From positions 13,573,469 through 13,637,468 of the forward strand of contig OZ316896.1 in assembly GCA_973895155.1 (NCBI GenBank): a stretch of DNA of 64,000 nt, given 5' to 3'. The first letter of the stretch is position 1. The number at the start of each line of letters is the position of its first letter. A program made the position numbers and the translations under genes. The notes beneath the pieces were generated by a model, which saw only the letters and a program-made list of their open reading frames with translations, made no database searches and was not told where the DNA came from. This stretch comes from Marsupella aquatica (lineage: Eukaryota; Plantae; Marchantiophyta). Positions 1-9,009 of this stretch are shown piece after piece.

Positions 1-612
1 TACATACTTCCAATCTTGAGCTTCATTGGCCTTTACTCCAAGCTTCCACACAAGGAGCTTCGTTTCATACTTATCGGAGTGCCAGTCTTGAATGTTGCTG
101 CTGCAGCTGCCGCTGCCAGAGTCTACAACAATCGTAAGAAGCCATTGTGGGGCATCGTAAATGTTGGTATCGTCTCGATGTTATTTGCCAGCTTCGGCGT
201 GTCGCTGATCATGGCCACTGCTTCATATGCAAATTATCCCGGGGGCAATGCACTTCGTCTGCTCCACACTCAAGTCGGGAAACCTGAAAATGTGTCGATA
301 TCTGCACACATTAGTGTTCTGCCAGCAATGACAGGCATCTCTCGTTTCTGTGAAGAAGGGCGACCTTGGAGTTATTCCAAAGAGGAGGACCTGCTTACTG
401 AAGAATTTGCTGCCAGGAACTTCACATTCCTCCTAAATGAGAAGCCTAACGTTCCAGGCTTCAACTGCCTCATGGTTGTTAGTGGATTTTCTCGTCTACA
501 TTTCCAATTAGCTTTCCCACCCATTGGCCTGGTGCAGGAGCCAAGAGTCTTCATTCATGGATTGGAGCATTTACAAGTCATCGATCAACGACAATGGCCT
601 GGATGTGGTTGA
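1..612 (+). CDS. ALG12: Dol-P-Man alpha-1,6-mannosyltransferase ALG12 (EBS4-like), 3' part; 5' end lies outside the window
   Basis: Frame open from base 1 (YILPILSFIGLYSKLPHKELRFI). Contains the GT22 motifs LPHKELRF, ANYPGG and MTGISRF..YSKEE. Stop at 610-612. Confidence 0.88.
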   Translation, partial: YILPILSFIGLYSKLPHKELRFILIGVPVLNVAAAAAAARVYNNRKKPLWGIVNVGIVSMLFASFGVSLIMATASYANYPGGNALRLLHTQVGKPENVSISAHISVLPAMTGISRFCEEGRPWSYSKEEDLLTEEFAARNFTFLLNEKPNVPGFNCLMVVSGFSRLHFQLAFPPIGLVQEPRVFIHGLEHLQVIDQRQWPGCG

Positions 613-3525
613 CATTTCCTCATTTTCTCAACGTTTTCTGTGGTTTATGGAAGGGGACTTGCTAGACAAAGAGTCATTATCCCGTGCTCCATATGCAAGT
701 GTCGTTCATTCTGGTGACTTCACTTCGGGCGCCTGGAGTTGGAACGTCTTACTGGTTCAAATTGGACACTCTGGAATCATTGCACTCAACCTTGCAGTCT
801 GCTGGGTAAAGGAGGATACTGCTGCAATTCATCTGTTTTGGTGGTTCAAAGATTGGCACTCTGGATTTCATGGATGTAGTGGTGAAAGCGCTTCATATTT
901 TGTGACTTCACGATTCGCCACTACGATTGACGTATTTTATAGGCTCAATATGGTCGCCTCAATATGGTCACTTGGAATGAATGCCCCTCGAATCGAAAGG
1001 TCTGCCCGGATGTGGAAAGTCTCATAGCGATGGATGTGAACCAGTCCTCCTCCATTTGCAGGTATGTTTCGTAATGGTGACTTCCTTGGTGGCACTTCCG
1101 AGCGATTTTCGTTATCTGGGTGAGCATGAAAGCTTTCGAATGAATGTCAAACAGTAGAGCTGGCTTTGCACAGCGGCCACAGCGTGCAAAATATGGCATG
1201 ATTGTAAGCACAACTCTCGTTACGTTGGGACAGATGCGGAAGGACTTTCCCAAAACCATTGGGGATCTCTTGGCTGTTTGGGAAGAGGACACTCCGAATC
1301 ATTTTTACACAATCTGGTTACTTCACTGCGATTTTTGTGAATCTAAAGTGAGAACTGATGTTTTCACGTTCACTTCAATTGCTGGGCAGCTACGATCCTG
1401 ATTACTAAACAGAATCGAGTCATTACGAAGTCGCAAAACTGGCTTTGTAGGGCCCATCGTTACCAAAGGTCCAAGACAGTTCACAGAGAACTCACAAGTC
1501 TGAGGGGCAGTCGTGACGAGTCACGCTGAACTTTGGAAACATGACCAAGGAAGGCCATAAATGTTCTTCAAATATATGTTGTATAGTCCAGGAATTGAGG
1601 GAATATGTACACCAAAGAACTAAACAAGGATGAAGAACCCATCGCAAATACAAGAGACCAAAACACCTCGTTATTACTGAACCGAAGAACCGAAGAACCG
1701 AAGAGGCCAAAAACTGATCACTACTTATCGCACAGAGCTGCAAAAATTTTTCGTTCTTCTCAAGGATTATGTTTTGCAGCTGCATCGTTTGGAGCTTCAC
1801 CTCTTCTGCGCAGAAGAACAAGCTGTTGGCTGTCTTATCCTTGATGACCTCATTGGGAGCGTTGAGCTTTATAAACTTTCGAGCGCTTTTCAGGGTGATT
1901 GTCATCGTCGGCAACTGCGAGGTAAACTAGAACCCAATCATAGCTCTTTTTCGGATACAAATGCCGCCTTAATCTGCATTTTTTCTAGGGCATTGTTGTC
2001 TGTCACCTGCTTTGCTTCTTCCCCACTTCGTCATGATCCTGCTTCCCTTTCCTCTTTTGTTGACCCTTCATGACTTTGTTCACCCACCCAAGTTTTGGCA
2101 CGGTTGTAAGAGTAGACTCTGCATTTGGAACCGAAGTCTCTAAGGTGCTGGACCGCAGATGCTTTATTCCATTAACTAGAACCTGTACATCATTGATTCA
2201 CCAGGCCAAGAACTAACTCCTAGTAAATCACTTTGACTTTAGACAGAAGAACCTCTTGAGGTTGAATCACAGTACAGATGCAAATCTTAGAAAAGCTTTC
2301 TCGTTTAGCAGCATAATTATAAGGATAGAACAGCGCAACTCTCGTATTACATTCTCTTGCATGTCTGGATCTTAGAACTCGTGAGCAGTGGGTGTCCCTC
2401 TGCCCAAGTTACAGTTAGCTTCTAGTCAGATATAAGAATGAAACCTGGAGTGTGAAGCAAAGGCTTAAGAGTTGAGAGTTGCATTGACTCTGTGGGCAAA
2501 TTGTCTGGTCTTGAATCGTTTTTCAATTGAACGTGTGAAAACGAACTTTCAAGGATGATCTAAAAGTTGCACTGTGCAATAATACCTAAGTCAAGGAAAG
2601 CTATCAAGGACTTTTTGTTTTTTCAATACCAACTTTCAAGGATATCAAATAACCGTAGACTTCCAATTGAGGCTTTACCGGAGAGGAAATTCACTTTTTT
2701 CAATTGCTAGTCTTATTGAATCAACCTTCCAGATTGGGTTCTTTTCGTGCTGACATTTCTTTTCCTGTAGGCAAGTTAGACCCAGCTAGGCTGCGTGAAT
2801 CGGCCCTCGACTGAGAAGCTTGACGCAAGTACACTGCATCCTCTCAAAACTAGCAAATCAGAGACGTATAGGCAACGTTGTAACTATTGAATTACACGTT
2901 GGAATCTGTGTTCATCGATTTTCTAGTTAATGTGGTTTGTGCTTGTGAGTTGGGACTTTATGACTGTACGAAATCAGCATATAACACTGCAATTTATGCG
3001 ACATCTAGATTGAGCTTTGCAGAGAACAGTAAATCCTTTATCTATTCACCATTGACCAGCACGAGTAACAGGAAATCTTAAGTACACTAATAGTACTAGG
3101 ATGGCACCATAACAGTATGTTCAAAAAAACATTAAAATCTGTGTCGGTTGTATGTATCAATCTTGCCTTGTAGCAGTTTGAACAAGCTTCTCCAACTACA
3201 GAGCCACGTAAGACAGCCCTTGCATTCCACATTCCGCTGTGAAATAGCCTCCCATGCTCAATTACAATTTACTTGTGAGCCTCCCATGCTCAATTACATT
3301 TACTTGTGAAATGTTAGGCATAACAGATATCATCCACCCTCACACTCAAACCTGGAACAAAGCTGTGGAGACACGTTTGACCAATGATGAGTTGCCCAAA
3401 ATTACGTCGAAAGGAATAAGTTTTGTCCTCACCCAAGTAGTGGATATGAAAAATGCACGCTTCATAATTATGTGTTAGACGAGCAACCACTCTAACAGTG
3501 TTGGATAATGGGGGTCAAAAAGAAG

Positions 3526-3530
<5 letters not shown>

Positions 3531-3561
<31 letters not shown>
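3531..3561. repeat. (AG)15 microsatellite
   Basis: Directly visible AG run. Confidence 0.95.
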
Positions 3562-3563
<2 letters not shown>

Positions 3564-4220
3564 CTAACATGATTAGTCTCAATACTGGGGCACTAGATTT
3601 GTCCTCAACGGGAGGAAAAAAGGGTGATGAAAAGAAAGTAAAAATGTTCCCAATGCATCCTGGACATTGTGATGCCCTGTTGCCCGTCCCCTATCTTGTG
3701 CTCCCCCTCACTTTCACAACAACAACAACATCGAAAGATTTTTGGATCAACAACCATCCAACTTAAACCACTACACTTCTGCAATTATAGCATGAGTGCA
3801 CAAACGACTGAACAGCTGCATTTCTTTGCCTGTGCACAAACGACTGAACAGCGGCGTTTTTATTTGCCTTGCCTGCATTTTTTTGTCTCACACCTTGACA
3901 ATTCTGTGTAATGCACACGCATTTTCAGACTGTCTCACACCTCGACAAGTCTGTGTAACGCACACGCATTTTCAGACTAACAATAACATGATGTCCCACT
4001 AAAATCAAACATGACGGTAACGAAAAGACATTGGACACGTTTGCACATGAGCTCTCACGACCAACTTAGCAAATTCAGGTAAGACTCGATGTCCGTGGTG
4101 AGCTGTTAGTCGATTTATGTATGTCGACGCCAGTTAAAATACGAAGATAAAGATCCTTCTGATCAATAGATCGAACATAATGTATGTTTGTTTGCCAGTT
4201 ACCTCTCAAACGTAGTTAGG

Positions 4221-4422
4221 TTCCAAGAGCCAACAGACGATACGATGTGGCACAACTACAAACTGAGGCTACACCAAAGACATTCTTAGCTGGAAATTCA
4301 CTTCATTCCAGTTGCCTGTCGAACCTAGTCACATTCCAAGAGCCAACAGACGATACGATGTGGCAAATCTACAAACTAAGGCTAGACCACAGAAATTCTC
4401 GAGCTAGACATTCAATTCATTC
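4221..4422. repeat. Imperfect direct duplication, period about 112 bp
   Basis: TTCCAAGAGCCAACAGACGATACGATGTGGCA...CTACAAACT occurs at about 4222 and about 4334. Confidence 0.8.
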
Positions 4423-4772
4423 GCAGCTTCAGATGCGTAGCTAGAAAATCACGAAGAGCATTACACAAAAGAAAATTACAATGGACTTCCTCCTTTGGAA
4501 TTTGAGGATGCTCTCGATATACACAGGGACAAGAATTTTCAAGATCATGAGTGCTTTTTCTATGACGCCCGGTATCAACCTCCAAAGTTGAACAAATACT
4601 AAAATCCATTGATGAACCCTGTCTAGATTGTATCAATGGATTTTAGATTGCGCTGAGTTTCAAAGCCTCCTAATTATTCGCCATTCATACTTGCCTAAAT
4701 ATGATTCACTAGGGAAAGCCTACAGATTACTGTACCCTGATGTATTTTGGGCTCGAACGGCATATGTCTGTT

Positions 4773-5822
4773 TCAATAAATATCTGTGACACGCGGTGCC
4801 CTTGCGCCTTTCAATGCGGTATCATGAATGAAGTCGACAAGCAATCTAAAGCTGGGCGAAACCCATGTTTGGGGTTTACAGACATCAAAATGGTTGGCCG
4901 TATCATCTATGTGGTAATTGTCACAGTTGGTTCCTGCAGACCCTTCTCCGACGACTCTGCCACGGAATTCCTGCGTTGGAAACCAAAAGCAATCAACGAA
5001 ACGTCAAGTGAAGGTAGCTGGAACGGATAGTATTGCATGACTGAACTTGTCTGATTGTATTTGTAATTCAGGGAACAATTATGGGAACAACTAGCCATCA
5101 GAGCACGGTCAAGAATGCTAAACTTACCATAAATTGAGAGTCTAAGCCCTCCCCGATTTCGAAGGTTTGAATCCCTAGATCAGCTCGTGCTCTGTTAAAG
5201 TCATGGTCGACTCTGGCAGACTCCGGGCTTAGCATTTTCATAAAAAAGCTTTGAATCCCTGTATCAGCTCGTGCTCTGTGGATCTCTTGGCCGCTCAGCA
5301 CTTTCATTAACGCCTCGGCTACTCCAAAATGTGGTGTAGAGTAGTAGAACACACCCTTGAGGCTTTTCAGAAATCTCTCTATTTGGCTCAAATAGCGGAG
5401 ATCTAAATTACTGTTACGATTCAATTCCTCTCTCTTTCTAAGACCCTGCAAGACAAAATGTTTTATGGCCAGCCCGCCTAAGCTGTGCCCTACTAAGACC
5501 ACTGGACAATCTTTGCCCTCTTTGGCTCTAAAAGTGATTATATCCCGAATGAGATTTTCAATAACAAGATCGATGTTTATCTCTCCAGTCGGCATGATAG
5601 AAGAGTAATCAATTGTCGATATCCGCGCTTTGGGAAAGTTTTGGCTCAGCCAAACTGTGGGCCAAACTACAGTCTCACCTCGAGATAACCAAGCCTTGTA
5701 GCAATCCTCGGGGGAGTGTGACTGCTCGTGTGATCGCTGGAGACCATGAAAAATGCAACGTCAACCTCGGGGTCAACCTCGGGATCACTTGGACTGTAAA
5801 GTAGCTTGACGGAACCAACCAT
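4773..5822 (-). pseudogene. SERAC1/PGAP1/DUF676-like alpha/beta-hydrolase domain, two exons (5822-5128 and 4970-4773), frameshifted
   Basis: Hand translation: DVAF(F)HGL (needs +1 nt in the A-run 5749-5753), WPTVWLSQNFPKARISTIDY, nucleophile elbow VLVGHSLGG, YSTPHFG. Last exon EFRGRVVGEGSA...NHFDVCKP...DIY*. Canonical GTAAG and CAG splice sites, in phase. Confidence 0.85.
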
Positions 5823-6183
5823 CTGCAAAATAGCAAAGAGTTGAATTGTCGATCATCTCCTCATAGCTTGTTGAAATTGTTATGAATTGCGGCAATTTTC
5901 AAGACAAGAAAGAAGGGGGAGAGACGAAAAACAACAACGAAAACAAGCACCAGATAATCTCTCCTTACCGATTTGCGAGGCTCGGATAGTGGTCCCTGAC
6001 GATTTCCCTGGAGATCAAAACCAAGCACGATTACTGATTTGAAGTACTATGTTCTTAAATATAGTGGCCTTGTGGTCATCCGAAAGTCTCGGATTGAATT
6101 GAGTTGAACTGTCAATCACTCATGTCCTTATAGCGCATTTTGTGATCATAGTAATAGCTCATAGCGAACAACGTTAGACTCAC

Positions 6184-7283
6184 CTCATCAGCACTAAGTG
6201 ATGCGTCAATGTTCCCATTTCCACTCTCTTCTTCTTTACTGAGATTTTGTTCTCTGGACCGGTGACTCCAAAGACTTGCAGCCAGGCCTCGCAGATGCTC
6301 GTGCACCCAGACAGTTTCGTGTTTAAGACCGTCATCGCCTTGAACACTTGAAACCTTCACCATCGACGTCCTGATCAAGTTTTCCCACCCACTGTGGGCG
6401 TTGCTGTAGGAAACATTCCAAGTCGCAAACGCTCGGTCTAATGGCTCTCCGAAGAAAATTAACGCAGCATCAAGGAACATCTCCTGTTCCATTTGTTGAA
6501 GGCTATCAAAAGATATCCGCAACGACTCCCAAACCCTGTCTTTTGGAAGACTAGCCGCGCGTGCAGCTTGAAGTCGGTCAATGGTCTGCTCCCACATTGT
6601 AGCATCATCCGCTCTGCCCCGTAAATATTTGCCGAGGACTTCCAAAGTGAGTGGTAAACCATCACATTTCCGAACCACGGTTTTGACATTCTTTCTCAGT
6701 CTTTCTTCCCAGCCCGAGTAGTTGTCCAAGCGCGCGTGTTGGCAAAATAGTACCTCTGCCTGGTCAAACGAGAGGGGCTCTACCTCATAGACTCGGTAGT
6801 TTTGGAAAAAACGCATAATTCTGTGATCCCTAGTTGTGATGATCAAACGACTACCGTCTCCAAAGAACTCCAATTCAGGCAGAACCTCGAGTTGAGACTC
6901 AGATGTCACACCGTCCATCACAATCAATGCTTTCGTCCTCTCCAAGTCATGCCACGAGATTCTGCCTGTGTCAACTTTCTTCCCATTCCGATAAAATTTG
7001 TCCAGCAGAGAATTCTGCAATTTACTATGGATAGGAATGCCCTTCACATCTTCCAGAAAGCAGGTGTATTCAAACTCTATAGAAATGAGGTTAAACAGAT
7101 GCTTGGCAAGGGTGGTCTTGCCAATTCCCCCCATGCCTATAATTCCAAGAACCTCGCAATCTATCAACATCTCTTGTACGTATCTAGCACGACGCTGCAA
7201 TTCAACAGCATAGTGCGGGAGTCCGTGGCATTTGTGCACCTCCTGAACGATATCGGCTTGAATGTTAGTTCTATTCTATGTAC
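6184..7283 (-). pseudogene. NB-ARC (STAND ATPase) exon with a premature stop near its 5' end; no LRR seen
   Basis: P-loop GMGGIGKTTLAK, RNBS-A FEYTCFLEDV, kinase-2 LIVMDGV, RNBS-B GSRLIITTRD, CDGLPLTL, MHD-like VHE. Acceptor TTTGCAG at 7284, donor GTGAGT at 6183. TAG here where the homologous segment near 26160 has TGG. Confidence 0.88.
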
Positions 7284-7408
7284 CTGCAAAAGAAAGACGA
7301 AGAGCTTCCGATTACAGGAAAAAAAACAGAAACTGGAATAGGTATTATTTCTTACCGGTCCGCGAGGCTGGGAAAGAGGTCGCTGATGACTCTCCTGCAG
7401 ATCAAAAC

Positions 7409-7484
7409 CGAGGGCAATCAGTGATTTTGAGGATGCTCTAGGTAAACGAGGGCAATCAGTGATTTTGAGGATGCTCTAGGTAAA
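7409..7484. repeat. Perfect 38-bp tandem duplication in the linker exon
   Basis: CGAGGGCAATCAGTGATTTTGAGGATGCTCTAGGTAAA twice. Confidence 0.9.
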
Positions 7485-8651
7485 CTAGGTCTGTAAAATA
7501 TAGTGGTCCGTGCCCATGACTAGACCTCACTATAGAATTCATTTAGAGTTAGCTGCGGCTTTGGGAGCTGGATGTAGCTAGTGGATACTGGTGATGAACT
7601 ACGGTCCGCGTAATTGATCAGTGCCCCAAACAAATTATAACAAGGTTCTAGTCACCTTAACCAGGTATGAACTGAAGGGTTTAAAGAAATGCGAACTGAT
7701 CCTAATTTACTAACCTGATCCTCGCTCGCCTTGTCGACCCGGAAGATTCTTAACAAGTCAGAAGCCTGATCAGACTTCACGATGCCATATTTTTCCAGAC
7801 TTTCGTTCGCCCCCAAAAGCGTTGTGTTTTCCGGGAACAAAAAGGATGTATCGATGTTGGGTTGTGCAGGCTTGACTAACGCAGACCACATTGCAGACCA
7901 CATGGCTGTATTTTCTGGCAAAAAGTCGGGAAAACCGTCCTTTCCCGTCGCTTGTAATGCCGGATGCAGCAGTACCTTTGACTGTGATTCCAGCTTTTCA
8001 TAGCACCCTTTGATTGGACAGATTTGATGCCCTGGTCGGGAGTGTATGCTTCCTTTCAATGTCACTGGAGACGCTGCTTCTACTACACACTTTAGCACGA
8101 ACTCTAGAAAAGAGTTCGCACTAGCTTCTGTAGCAGGAGCACGGGGTTCTCTAGAACGACCAAAACAGAGATACCACAGAACTCTTCCGATGTCGAGCGA
8201 TCTGAAAATCTCCAGTATTTCCCTTAGCTGGATAATTTTGAAGAGTCTTCGGAAGAGCCTAATCCAGATAATGAGACACAAGACACCACCGATGCTGGTA
8301 GTCGTTATCATGTTGACTTCCAGATGAGGAAAATGTGAGAGAGAGGCGAATCCAGCTGCTGCAAATCCTCCTAAGACAAATGCGATCGACCAAATGAGCA
8401 CCAAGGTAGTGCCTACCAGCCACTTTCGAATTCCCTCAACCGCGTCTTCAATGTATACATCAGCCACTGGTAGTGCAGCTGCTGCACCAGCCATCACAGC
8501 AGCTATGGCGAAGGAGAATGATAAGCTATTGAATCCCCAAAATATTTGAAGAATCATGTGTGTCTGATCTGAATCGTTGCCAAATCGTTGCCAAAAGGAG
8601 GTTGTTGTTGGAAATGAACCACACTCGAACGAAGATGGATACAGCCACAAA

Positions 8652-8722
8652 GGGCCTGTAGCTCAGTGGTAGAGCACTACGATGTACACGGGAGGTCCTA
8701 GGTTCAATTCCTAGCCGGTCCA
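8652..8722 (+). tRNA. tRNA-like sequence inside LTR1; degenerate anticodon arm, probably not a decoding tRNA
   Basis: Acceptor stem GGGCCTG/CCGGTCC-A (6 of 7 pairs including G:U), D stem GCTC/GAGC, T arm CTAGG-TTCAATT-CCTAG. A box TAGCTCAGTGG, B box GGTTCAATTCC. Confidence 0.6.
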
Positions 8723-8938
8723 TGCTGCTGAAAGTTCCAACATGGTATCAGAGCCAAAGAAAAGGAGTTTCCCTTGTAGCGAGTGCGGCTCAAGGGTGGG
8801 TGTTGGAAATGAACCACACTCGAACGAAGATGGATACCCCCACAAAGGGCCTGTAGCTCAGTGGTAGAGCAGAGTCCCCCTCAAGGGTGGGTGTTGGAAA
8901 TGAACCACACTCGAACGAAGATGGATACCCCCACAAAA

Positions 8939-9009
8939 GGGCCTGTAGCTCAGTGGTAGAGCACTACGATGTACACGGGAGGTCCTAGGTTCAATTCCTA
9001 GCCGGTCCA
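8939..9009 (+). tRNA. tRNA-like sequence inside LTR3, identical to 8652-8722
   Basis: Same 71-nt cloverleaf. Confidence 0.6.

Noticed and set aside
524-2200. ORFs downstream of ALG12
   Set aside because: No recognisable motifs or consistent exon chain.
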